Numbered from the stretch's first letter, positions 1 through 9,082 are shown. The stretch: 53,216 nt of DNA from an uncultured Thermotogae bacterium (GCA_964550615.1 CAZKAB010000008.1:1-53216); one strand, 5' to 3'. Translations and numbers: made by a program. Notes: generated by a model not told the origin, from the sequence alone.

Positions 1-183
1 TTCACTTGTCAATGAGCTACACTTATACTATACCTTGAAAGTGATTGTTTCAGACAGTAGCCATCACTTACTACAGAGAACATCTCTTGCGCTTACCACG
101 CGTGTCTCCTCCCGCGCACAACGTAAGCCCTTAAGCGGCCATTTGTCTCGGTGCTCCCACGGAAGCGGCGTAGAATCAAGGGC

Positions 184-660
184 ATGAAGAGACGAAGAGA
201 AGAGTTGAAGCGCGTGCTCAGACTCCTGCAGTTGTCTGCACTGCTGATAGTGGCGTTTGTTTTGTACGGGTGCCTTGCTTCGTTCACTCCGATTGATATC
301 GCCGGCACGTGGAGCGGGACAATTGCGTGGACCGAAGGGCCAGCGGCCGGGTTCACAACGCCGATTATGCTGATACTCACGCAGGATGGAACCGATATTA
401 CTGGCGAGATTGGACTAACGGGGCCAGGATCAACGCCATTCTCCGTGCCGATCACAGAAGGAACGGCCGGCAGTAGCTCGTTCACCATAACCGGAAGTGG
501 AAGCATGGATGTGATAGCGCCACCGGTCGCCATTGCCATCAATCTGCATGGAGATAGCGATGGCCAGACGGTGACCGGGACCGGTACGCAGACGATCAAC
601 AGCGCGATTTACGCTTTCACTTGGACAGCCACTCTGACCGCGCCGCCGCCGGAGGACTGA
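184..660 (+). CDS. Hypothetical lipoprotein (beta-rich mature domain)
   Basis: ORF 151..660; ATG at 184 chosen (TAGAAT at 171-176 lies 7 nt upstream). Basic N-terminus, hydrophobic stretch and lipobox-like LYGC; Thr/Gly-rich mature part. Confidence 0.6.
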   Translation: MKRRREELKRVLRLLQLSALLIVAFVLYGCLASFTPIDIAGTWSGTIAWTEGPAAGFTTPIMLILTQDGTDITGEIGLTGPGSTPFSVPITEGTAGSSSFTITGSGSMDVIAPPVAIAINLHGDSDGQTVTGTGTQTINSAIYAFTWTATLTAPPPED

Positions 661-847
661 GCCGCGAACCGCATGAGGGGATTGTGCGGTGTGTGTGCGA
701 AGGCACGTCGTGTGAGTGCGGAATCGGGAGGCACCTCGCCTCAGGGCTCGATGTGAGTCATGTCGTCATCGTACGCGGATCCTTCCATCGTTTCAGTGAA
801 TAGAGCGATCTCTCGGCACGACGGCGCTAGCTGTCACGCTTGCGTGA

Positions 848-856
848 TGGTAGAAT
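848..856 (+). promoter_or_regulatory. Extended -10 promoter (TGgTAGAAT) for the gltX operon
   Basis: TGGTAGAAT at 848-856; SD GGGAG at 880-884 precedes ATG 892. Confidence 0.55.
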
Positions 857-891
857 GAATGCAGGTGAGGATAAGGAAAGGGAGTAATGAG

Positions 892-2175
892 ATGGTCAGA
901 GTGAGATTCGCCCCCAGCCCGACCGGATATTTGCACGTCGGCGGGGCGCGCACGGCGTTGTTCAACTGGCTGTACGCCCGTCATCACGACGGTGCGTTCA
1001 TCCTGCGGATAGAAGACACCGATCAAGAGCGCTCAACGCAGGAATCGATCGATCAGATTGCCGAGGCAATGCAGTGGTTGGGGCTTGATTGGGATGAGTA
1101 CTATCGCCAGACGGATCGCACCGACGTACATCAAAATGCGGCACGGCGGCTGCTGGATAGCGGCGCCGCCTATGAGCAGGATGGTGCATGGTGGTTTCGC
1201 ATCCCTGCGGGCGAGACGGTGGTGCGCGACGCACTGACCGGAGATGTGCGATTCAGTCACGACGAAATCAAGGATTTCGTCATCCGTCGCTCCGATGGGA
1301 GCTTCGTTTACAACTTTGTTGTAGTAGTGGATGACGCCGATATGGGAATCACCCACGTTATCCGCGGCGACGATCACCTGACGAACACTCCCAAACAGAT
1401 TCTCTTATATCGAGCGCTGGGAAGAGAGCTTCCTTCTTTCGCGCATCTGCCGATGATCCTCGGGCCGGATCGTACACGGCTTTCGAAGCGCCACGGAGTA
1501 ACCTCGGTACTCGAGTACAAACGCCGTGGATTCCTCCCCGAGACAATGGTCAACTTCTTCGCCCGCCTTGGCTGGTCGCACGGCGATCAGGAGGTGTTCA
1601 CGCGTGACGAGTTGATTCGGCTGTTCGATCTGGACGCCGTTGGGAGTTCCGCCGCTGTGTTCGATGAAGAGAAACTGCGCTGGCTGAATCAACAGCATCT
1701 CAAGACAGCCGATCCTGCGCGGTTGGTGGATCTGTTGCAACCGTTTGTCTGTTCAAGAGGGGCGGTTACTGAATCGATGTGGAAAGAAGCCGGAACGGAT
1801 CGACTCGCGCAAGGTGCGTCCTTGTTGCGTCACCGTTGCCACACCCTGGTTGATCTGGCGGAGATGATGTTGATCCTGTTCCCGGTTCCGATGGTGAGTG
1901 AAGTCGATCTTAATATCGATGAGCGCCAGGCCGAGCTAGTTTCAGCGGTATGCGATTCCTTTGCCGGCGCGAAGTCGTTTTCGCATGAGGATGTGGAAAC
2001 GCTGCTACGCGACACTCTGTCGGCAAGAGGGGCAAAGCTGAAAGATGTGGCTGCCGTGATCCGCGCCGCCGCAACGGGACGTGCCGTCGGTCCGGGGCTA
2101 TTCGACATTCTGTCGGTCATCGGAAACGATCTTGTCGCACAACGGCTGCGGGCGATTGAGGGAGCGGATCGATGA
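892..2175 (+). CDS. gltX: Glutamate--tRNA ligase (short form)
   Basis: VRVRFAPSPTGYLHVGG (HIGH), LRIEDTD, HVIRGDDH, RLSKR (KMSKS), C-terminal anticodon domain ending GPGLFDIL. Start set at ATG 892 from the SD. Confidence 0.97.
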   Translation: MVRVRFAPSPTGYLHVGGARTALFNWLYARHHDGAFILRIEDTDQERSTQESIDQIAEAMQWLGLDWDEYYRQTDRTDVHQNAARRLLDSGAAYEQDGAWWFRIPAGETVVRDALTGDVRFSHDEIKDFVIRRSDGSFVYNFVVVVDDADMGITHVIRGDDHLTNTPKQILLYRALGRELPSFAHLPMILGPDRTRLSKRHGVTSVLEYKRRGFLPETMVNFFARLGWSHGDQEVFTRDELIRLFDLDAVGSSAAVFDEEKLRWLNQQHLKTADPARLVDLLQPFVCSRGAVTESMWKEAGTDRLAQGASLLRHRCHTLVDLAEMMLILFPVPMVSEVDLNIDERQAELVSAVCDSFAGAKSFSHEDVETLLRDTLSARGAKLKDVAAVIRAAATGRAVGPGLFDILSVIGNDLVAQRLRAIEGADR

Positions 2176-3326
2176 GCCGTCGCTATTTGTGGATGGGTGC
2201 CGTTCTCAGCATCCTTGCTTCCGCGGCCGCATTTGCAGCGACGGCCGACTTGCACTATGTCGACTCGATACTCGATCTGACGAGCTACTATCATCCGCAA
2301 GGGATTCAGCTCTCTTCGCAACCGATTCCCGCTCTGACCGAGCCGAGCTATCACGGGACTGCAATGTATGGGCTTGTCCCGCTTGGAGGAATGCGGTTTC
2401 CGGTTGTACTGGATTCAGACGGCGGGAGCGGAACGCTGTATGTGGACGTTGATGGAAGCGGCGCCCTATCCGCGGCGAGCTGGATGAGTCACGGACAGGA
2501 CGGGAACTACCTGGCGAGCGTATCATTCCGGCTCTCCGGAGAAGCCGTTGATGAGAGACGCTATCGCGCCTTCCTCATGTGGAACCCGGATACGCCCAGC
2601 GTGCTTACCTACTGCCGTGACAACTACGAGAGCGGCGAAATCGATCTCGATGGTGCGATGTACAAGATTGCCATCATTGATGAAAACAGTGACGGGGAGT
2701 TCGACGATCTTTCAGGCGGAGTGTTTCTCATCGATCTTGATCGGGACGGAACGATTCTGGCGTCGCCGGATTCGCACGAGCGGTACAGGTTGGATGAGGC
2801 GTTCAACATTGGCGGCGAAGTATATGCTGTTACCAGGGTAACGGCCGACGGCTCGCAGATCGAAATCGACAAGAGCGACACGTGGGTTGATCCAAAGCCG
2901 CCGCTCGAGGTTGGATATCCTGCTCCGGACTTCTCACTCACCGATTATGAAGGCGACAAGATACAGCTTTCATCCCTGCAAGGAAAGATCGTACTGATAG
3001 ATTTCTGGGCGAGCTGGTGTTCGCCTTGTCGGGACGAGCTCGCGAATGTCGAAGCGATCGCCAACGAGTACGCCGATGACGGTGTTGTTGTTCTTGGAGT
3101 TGATATCGATCGAAACGAAGGGGCGTTTGCCGGCATCGTGTCATCGTTCGGGCTCACCTATCGTCAGATCTTTGATGGCGCCGACGGCCCAGTCTCTTCT
3201 CTGTATCGTGTTATCGGGATTCCGATGACATACCTGATCGATCGCCAAGGCATTATTCGCGGCAAGCGACTGCGGGGGGATACGCTGCGGCAGGCGATCG
3301 ACGGGCTTGTGGGAGAAGGTAAGTGA
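2172..3326 (+). CDS. Secreted TlpA-family disulfide reductase with a large N-terminal domain
   Basis: Signal peptide; C-terminal APDFSL...LIDFWASWCSPC...GIPMTYLIDRQG; DxDxDG-like motifs in the N-domain; ATGA overlap with gltX. Confidence 0.85.
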   Translation: MSRRYLWMGAVLSILASAAAFAATADLHYVDSILDLTSYYHPQGIQLSSQPIPALTEPSYHGTAMYGLVPLGGMRFPVVLDSDGGSGTLYVDVDGSGALSAASWMSHGQDGNYLASVSFRLSGEAVDERRYRAFLMWNPDTPSVLTYCRDNYESGEIDLDGAMYKIAIIDENSDGEFDDLSGGVFLIDLDRDGTILASPDSHERYRLDEAFNIGGEVYAVTRVTADGSQIEIDKSDTWVDPKPPLEVGYPAPDFSLTDYEGDKIQLSSLQGKIVLIDFWASWCSPCRDELANVEAIANEYADDGVVVLGVDIDRNEGAFAGIVSSFGLTYRQIFDGADGPVSSLYRVIGIPMTYLIDRQGIIRGKRLRGDTLRQAIDGLVGEGK

Positions 3327-4324
3327 GCTATCGGGCGAGTGTCCGAGCTATCTTGCTCTTGCTCGCCACATGTCTCATCACCGGTGCTGTCGCGTGGGCG
3401 CAGTCGCCGATCCTGAAGTTCACCGTTTCTCCCGATGACGTCTCACTTTCTCCTGGGGGGACTGCGGCAATTGAGGTAAGAGTCGACAACGGCTCCGTAT
3501 ATCAGGCTGACGACATCGCCGTGAGCTTGTCTCCGACCGGTGGGATTACACTTGATCCGTCCGAGGTGTCAGTAGTTGAGATCGCGCCGTTTGCTGCGAG
3601 CACCGTCGCTGCAAATCTGGTCGCATCCTCCTCTCTTGCGGAAGGTCGATACGGTCTATCCCTCGACGTGATATATACGTATTGCATTGATATCAGTTGT
3701 TTCCAAATTGTGGAACAGATTCCGCTTACGGTTGCCGTCAGTAAAACGGCAGTGGCTGCCCCGGTGGCGGTGCGCGTGCATCTCCCACCTTGGCTATTGC
3801 CCGGTGCGGGGGCGGTGCTAATTGCATTGGGATTGGGCCTGTGGCGATTCCGCGACCAACGTCTGCCCCTGTACGTAATCCTGACCGTTCTCGTCGTTGT
3901 GGGGCTGGCCTACGGCGTTTCCCGCGGCCAGCATGAACAAGCGCAAGAGATCGCGGCCGTACTCTGCACGTCGTGCGTAGGGATCGAATCGGCGGAGCCG
4001 GGAGCCCCTTCCCTAACGCCCGCGGGCTTGGCGGCTCTGGGAGGAGTCACTTCTGATGTTGACCTGATAGTCTTCTTCGCTCCATGGTGCCACACCTGTC
4101 CGTATGCGGAAGCGATGGTGGAGCAGATGGCGGCAGCGAACGAACACATCCACTACCAATTCATCGATGTCAGCACTCAACGTGATCTGGCGATGAAGCA
4201 CGGTGTCATACGTTCCAATCGGACTATCGTTCCGGCGATCGTCCGCACGGACACGGGTGAAGTGATATTTGGGATTGAAGATCTGGAGAGCCGCTTGCTT
4301 CACATGTTGGGAGTGGGGACATGA
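3323..4324 (+). CDS. Multi-domain membrane redox protein: Ig-like C-x4-C domain, 2 TM helices, CxxC-VGI motif, thioredoxin domain
   Basis: Signal peptide; YTYCIDISCF; two hydrophobic segments; VLCTSCVGIE; FFAPWCHTCP and TIVP cis-Pro loop; GTGA overlap with the upstream gene. Confidence 0.75.
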   Translation: MSYRASVRAILLLLATCLITGAVAWAQSPILKFTVSPDDVSLSPGGTAAIEVRVDNGSVYQADDIAVSLSPTGGITLDPSEVSVVEIAPFAASTVAANLVASSSLAEGRYGLSLDVIYTYCIDISCFQIVEQIPLTVAVSKTAVAAPVAVRVHLPPWLLPGAGAVLIALGLGLWRFRDQRLPLYVILTVLVVVGLAYGVSRGQHEQAQEIAAVLCTSCVGIESAEPGAPSLTPAGLAALGGVTSDVDLIVFFAPWCHTCPYAEAMVEQMAAANEHIHYQFIDVSTQRDLAMKHGVIRSNRTIVPAIVRTDTGEVIFGIEDLESRLLHMLGVGT

Positions 4325-5151
4325 GATTGTCGATCATGCGGAGGATAAGCCAGTTCTTCGGAATTGTACTCGGCTTGTTCGGAGCTACCGGGATCGGGAT
4401 GACGCACATTATCTTCCCCGGCCTTCACTGCTACGCCTGCCCGCTTGCGGTGACGATCTGCCCGATCGGGCTGATGCAGAATCTCGTGGTCTATGGAACG
4501 TTTCCCTACTTCTGGATCGGCGCGATTGTCGCCTATGGCTTGCTTGCCGGAAGAGGATTCTGCGGCTGGTTCTGCCCGTTCGGAACGTTGAACGATCTTC
4601 TGTCTTTCCGGCGCGTGCGCATCAGCAGGCCCATCTCATATTCCAAGTTTGTTGTGCTGGCGGGGACGGTAGTCGCTGCGTGGGCATTCGCCGACACCAT
4701 GTTCTGCAAAATATGCCCGGCCGCATCACTTGAGGCGTCGATCCCCTATCTCTTTCTAGGCGTGGCACATGTCAATCGCCCATTTGTCGTGCACATGATT
4801 ACGCTTGGCCTTACGCTACTGGGGATGTTGTTGATCGCGCGCTTCTGGTGCCGCTACCTGTGCCCAATGGGGGCGTTGCTTTCGCTGTTCAACCGCGTAA
4901 GCTTCCTTCATCTCACACTTGACACAAGCCGTTGCGGACGATGTAGCGATTGTGCCTCGTCCTGTCCGATGGGAATCAATCCGCACGAAGACCACGACGA
5001 TCACAACTGCATCAAGTGTGGGGAGTGCGCTTCCGCGTGCTCGTTTGACGCTCTCAAGCTGACATTTGCTCCGCAGATCACGCACGAACGGAACGCTCGG
5101 AAGGTTGCGGATGAACGACGCGCACAACAAGGATCAAGGGACGGATCGTAG
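4321..5151 (+). CDS. NapH/MauN-like membrane 4Fe-4S binding protein
   Basis: LHCYACP, FCGWFCPFG, FCKICPA, WCRYLCPMG, and two ferredoxin motifs CGRCSDCASSCP and CIKCGECASAC; several TM segments. Confidence 0.9.
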   Translation: MRLSIMRRISQFFGIVLGLFGATGIGMTHIIFPGLHCYACPLAVTICPIGLMQNLVVYGTFPYFWIGAIVAYGLLAGRGFCGWFCPFGTLNDLLSFRRVRISRPISYSKFVVLAGTVVAAWAFADTMFCKICPAASLEASIPYLFLGVAHVNRPFVVHMITLGLTLLGMLLIARFWCRYLCPMGALLSLFNRVSFLHLTLDTSRCGRCSDCASSCPMGINPHEDHDDHNCIKCGECASACSFDALKLTFAPQITHERNARKVADERRAQQGSRDGS

Positions 5152-6345
5152 CAGAATCGACGCGTAGACGGCACCAGTGATTATGAGCGTCAGTGCAATT
5201 GCGATCAGAATACCGACTGTGGTCGATGATGCGGGCTCCGCGCTGATTGTGTAGGCGGCGATTTCATACCCGAGCGGACGCCCTGGATAGGAAGGGTCTT
5301 CCGCCCATGCCTCCCAAGTCCATGTTCCCGCCTCGGATTGCGAGACAGTTTCTTTTCCCCAAATGAACGTTCCGTCCGACAACGGCCGCGCCGCCGGATA
5401 GAGGCTCTGTTTGGAGCGTGAGTAGTGAAGTGTCCCTCCTGAGGTCGAGGTGTGGTAGGCATAGCGTACATTGCCGCTTGGGTCGATCACGCGCGTGTAG
5501 AGAAAGAGCGGTGTCGCTCCGTCCGAGCCTTCTTGGACGGTCAGCGAACGCACCTGCGTCTGCCCAGCCTGAACGACCCCGTCCGGAGAGAACGACAATG
5601 AGATACGCAAATCTGACTGCAAAACGGCAGGGACCGGGCCGGACACGACCACGTAGCGGTCGATCGTGTACGACCCGAAAACGCCGTGATCGAGGGTAGT
5701 CTTCACGCCTGCGGAAGCAGCCGTGTCGCTGTTGTACGGATCGATAATTGTGTACGTGGCGGAGGCTTTCCCTGTAATTACCACCCAGTGACAGTCCTCG
5801 GTTTGGGCCGTTGTCCCATGGCAGTGGTTGCCCCAGTGGACACCACAGATGATCGGATACCCGTTCCGCAAGGATTGGTCAATCATCAGGCGAGCATCCG
5901 TTGCAAGTCCGTTCTCATTGTGGTTGACATATGTTGCTGTCGATATTTGCGGCGGTAGATTAGTCCATTCCAGACAACATGCACCCGAACCATCGCCGCA
6001 CTGGCCGTATCCGCCGTGTGTCTTCAGCCAGTCGTTCAGAATCCCCGGATCCATCCCCTTTTGAGTAGCGCCGGTGCAGGAAGAAGCCGCGGGTACGCTG
6101 AGTTCCACGCCGTAGTAGTCGAGGACCATGGCGAAGGACGTGATCAAGCATCCGGCAGATGCGACTGCGTCCGTGCAGCCGTTCGTTCCCATTGAACAAT
6201 TTCCCCAGTATCCGGTTGCGTTGATGTATGCCTGATTGAATGCGGGAACAGGGAGGCTGATGGTCTCTTGTTGCGCCGTTACGGGTACGACGATAAGAAA
6301 TGGGATGAAGGCGGCAAGAAGGACAAGATATGCTGCCTGCCTCAT
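5134..6345 (-). CDS. C39-like cysteine peptidase domain protein, secreted, with C-terminal membrane anchor
   Basis: Signal peptide; GCLITSFAMVLDYYG (Cys), HWVVITG (His), YTIIDP (Asp); C-terminal hydrophobic helix. Confidence 0.75.
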   Translation of the reverse strand: MRQAAYLVLLAAFIPFLIVVPVTAQQETISLPVPAFNQAYINATGYWGNCSMGTNGCTDAVASAGCLITSFAMVLDYYGVELSVPAASSCTGATQKGMDPGILNDWLKTHGGYGQCGDGSGACCLEWTNLPPQISTATYVNHNENGLATDARLMIDQSLRNGYPIICGVHWGNHCHGTTAQTEDCHWVVITGKASATYTIIDPYNSDTAASAGVKTTLDHGVFGSYTIDRYVVVSGPVPAVLQSDLRISLSFSPDGVVQAGQTQVRSLTVQEGSDGATPLFLYTRVIDPSGNVRYAYHTSTSGGTLHYSRSKQSLYPAARPLSDGTFIWGKETVSQSEAGTWTWEAWAEDPSYPGRPLGYEIAAYTISAEPASSTTVGILIAIALTLIITGAVYASILLRSVP

Positions 6346-7691
6346 AACGCCTGTTCTTCTCCCTCCCCCGATTGGGCGCGAATTGAGCGGGCCGCGATCA
6401 GCCCGCTGACGGCGGAGTAGATGATGCCACGGCAGTGACCGGACGCGTCACCGGCGACATAGAATCGGGGTATGGCCGTCTCCATCGTGGGTCTCACCGG
6501 ATAGCGCGTATCGTAGAATTTGATCTCCGGTGCATATAGGAAAGTATTGTCCGCGGTCAGGCCGGGGATGATGTTGTCCAACTGCTCCAGCCCTTCCAGC
6601 AGGTTGACAACAACGCGATCCGGAAGCGCCATGGAAATGTCACCCGGCGTTACGTCACTCAGTGTGGGGGAGATTGTCGCCCGCCGCAGCCGTTCCGTTG
6701 TGGAACGACGTCCGTTGTTTAGGTCTTTCAATCGCTGGATAATCGGCCTGCCGCCGCCAATCGTTGTTGCCAGTTTCGCAATCGCGCGGCCGTATTCGGT
6801 CGTATCCTCTACGGGGTTGGTAAGCTCGATGTGCGAGAGAAGTGCGAAATTGGTGTTGTCCGTCTTTTCGTCGTTCTCCGCATGTCCATTCACCAGCGTA
6901 AAATCGTCGTAGCTCTCCTTCACGACAAACCCGTGCGGATTTGTGCAGAAGGTGCGAACCATGTCATCGTAGGTGGCTGTGCGCACGCGTAGCTTGGCGT
7001 CGTACATCACCTGTTCGATGGGAGTGTAGATCTCGGCAGGGAATTCGACTCTTACGCCAACGTCAATCGGACCGTACTCGGTGATAATCCCCATCTTTCC
7101 CGCTTCCTCGCGCAGCCAATAAGCACCGGCACGGCCGGGGGCGGCGATGACGTAGCGTGCTTCGATATCCTCTGTCCCCGCAAGGATAAACGTATCTCCT
7201 CTTCGTTCGATGTGCTCAACCCTGTTCTCGAGCGAAGCGTGAGTCCCCTCCTCGACGAGATGCTGATAAAACCTATCGATGATCTGCCGGACGTGTGACG
7301 TACCCATGTGACGCTGTCGACCGCTGATGAATTCGATCCCGTATCGGCTGGCCATCTTCTTCAGCTCAAGCAACGCATGTTCGTCCTCGCCGGAGTATTT
7401 CTTTGGGGCGCCGAATGCCGTAAATGTGTCGTCGATTTGATCTATGTATGCCTGTATCACGGACTCGTTGTGGCCTATGCTTGCCGGGTCGCCGCCGATT
7501 TGCGGGGTCAGGTTGAGCTTGCCGTCGGAAAACGCGCCCGCTCCGCCTACTCCGAAACAAATGTGCGTCCGTTCGGTCGGTGCCTTGCCACGATCGATCA
7601 GCAGTACCTCAAGGCCGCTTCCGATAAGTTCCTTGGCAGCGAACAATCCCGCCGGTCCAGCGCCAAGTATTGCTACGTCCACCCGTCTCAT
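6342..7691 (-). CDS. FAD-dependent oxidoreductase (COG2509-like, function unknown)
   Basis: GAGPAG dinucleotide fold; GVGGAGAFSDGKL, RHMGT, VRTFCTNPHG, NGH, YAPEIKFY, GDASG. Start moved to ATG 7691, which overlaps the HAD stop as ATGA. Confidence 0.85.
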   Translation of the reverse strand: MRRVDVAILGAGPAGLFAAKELIGSGLEVLLIDRGKAPTERTHICFGVGGAGAFSDGKLNLTPQIGGDPASIGHNESVIQAYIDQIDDTFTAFGAPKKYSGEDEHALLELKKMASRYGIEFISGRQRHMGTSHVRQIIDRFYQHLVEEGTHASLENRVEHIERRGDTFILAGTEDIEARYVIAAPGRAGAYWLREEAGKMGIITEYGPIDVGVRVEFPAEIYTPIEQVMYDAKLRVRTATYDDMVRTFCTNPHGFVVKESYDDFTLVNGHAENDEKTDNTNFALLSHIELTNPVEDTTEYGRAIAKLATTIGGGRPIIQRLKDLNNGRRSTTERLRRATISPTLSDVTPGDISMALPDRVVVNLLEGLEQLDNIIPGLTADNTFLYAPEIKFYDTRYPVRPTMETAIPRFYVAGDASGHCRGIIYSAVSGLIAARSIRAQSGEGEEQAL

Positions 7692-8413
7692 AGGAGTATC
7701 CTCCGTAGTTCGCTCAATTGAGCGATCGTCATGTCTGCCGCGGTCCTTTCTGGATCCTTCTCCCCATCGGAAGTGACCCACACCGACCACATGCCGGCGT
7801 CGTGTGCTCCAATTATATCTGCCTGATATGAATTGCCTACGTATACGGCTTGCTCGGGGGCTGCCTGTACGTGCCTCAGCATTGTAGCAAACACGCGTCG
7901 ATCTGGCTTGTGGATTCCGGAATCACCCGAGACAAGTATGTGGCTAAAACTCGACTGTATTCTCAGCGCGTCAATCTTGTGCCATTGCAGGTCGCTCGGG
8001 CCGTTTGTCAGCAACCCGAGCGTGTAACGCTTGCCGAGATCGGCAAGGAGCGGGCGTGCGCCGTCGACAAGGCTAAGGGAATCTGCGCGCAAACCTGCAT
8101 AGAGACGTGACAGCGACTGGGCGAGTGTCCGGTCATCGACCCCATTCTCAGACAATAGGCGCGTCCATATCCGATCCCGCAATACTTCGGTGCTCTCATG
8201 ATCAGACTCCATTTCGAACCACAACGCATAGTATCGCGAAGCGGCCTGTTCCGGATCTCCGATCAGGTTATCTCTGCGGTGAACAAGAGACAGGGCAGCG
8301 GTCATTGCTTCCGCCACGCTCGTCTTGTAGTCGCACAGAGTTCCGTCGAGGTCGAAGATGACCGCGGACAAGTTGCGCGGAAATGACGGTTGAATGGCAT
8401 CCTCATTGCGCAT
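7688..8413 (-). CDS. HAD-superfamily hydrolase (subfamily IA)
   Basis: IFDLDGTL, LLTNG, HKPDRRVF, YVGNSYQADIIGA motifs. Confidence 0.9.
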   Translation of the reverse strand: MRNEDAIQPSFPRNLSAVIFDLDGTLCDYKTSVAEAMTAALSLVHRRDNLIGDPEQAASRYYALWFEMESDHESTEVLRDRIWTRLLSENGVDDRTLAQSLSRLYAGLRADSLSLVDGARPLLADLGKRYTLGLLTNGPSDLQWHKIDALRIQSSFSHILVSGDSGIHKPDRRVFATMLRHVQAAPEQAVYVGNSYQADIIGAHDAGMWSVWVTSDGEKDPERTAADMTIAQLSELRRILL

Positions 8414-8488
8414 ATCCTGTATATGTTAACCTGCTTGGCATGCGGGTACATCCCAAGAAGGTCTTTTCGACGGAAACAAGGGAGCGAA

Positions 8489-9049
8489 ATGCGGATCATC
8501 GGAGGGAGCAGTCGAGGGCGGAAACTCGTGGAGTGGCAAGCTGCTGGAATAAGGCCGATGCGCGACTTTGTGCGAACGGCGTTGTTCAACATTATTGGCG
8601 AGACGATATTGGAGGCACGCTTTCTCGATCTGTTTTGCGGAACAGGAAGCGTTGGCTTGGAGGCGCTCTCTCGTGGGGCGCGCGAAGTCACGTTCATCGA
8701 TCAATCTGCGGATGCGTGCGGGATTGTGCGCCGCAACCTCGATCAGCTAGGGTTTCTTGATCGGGCGCGCGTGCTGCATGTAGACTATGTCGAAGGGATC
8801 GACTACCTGGAGCGACGTGGCAAGAAGTTCGATCTTGTCTTTGTCGGTCCTCCGTACGACAAGGGACTTGCCGACGCTGCGCTGCGGCTGTTTTCGGAAC
8901 GGTCGATCCTTGATCCTGACGCGGTCGTTATCACCGAGGTGAGAAACAAGACGACCTTGGATCAACAGTATGGGCTACTCAAACAGATTGACAAGCGGGT
9001 GTATGGAGACAATGTGCTTGATTTCTATCGCGCGACGACCGGCAGATAG
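8489..9049 (+). CDS. rsmD: 16S rRNA m2G966 methyltransferase
   Basis: MRIIGGSSRGRKL, FLDLFCGTGSVGLEALSRGA, FVGPPY, YG near the C-terminus; SD GGGAG before ATG 8489. Confidence 0.92.
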   Translation: MRIIGGSSRGRKLVEWQAAGIRPMRDFVRTALFNIIGETILEARFLDLFCGTGSVGLEALSRGAREVTFIDQSADACGIVRRNLDQLGFLDRARVLHVDYVEGIDYLERRGKKFDLVFVGPPYDKGLADAALRLFSERSILDPDAVVITEVRNKTTLDQQYGLLKQIDKRVYGDNVLDFYRATTGR

Positions 9050-9082
9050 GCCGGATGTTGCGAGGCGTCTTGAGGAGATGCA

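Noticed and set aside
661-847. T-box leader upstream of gltX
   Set aside because: No T-box consensus or terminator/antiterminator pair; the apparent promoter lies only about 35 nt before the start codon.
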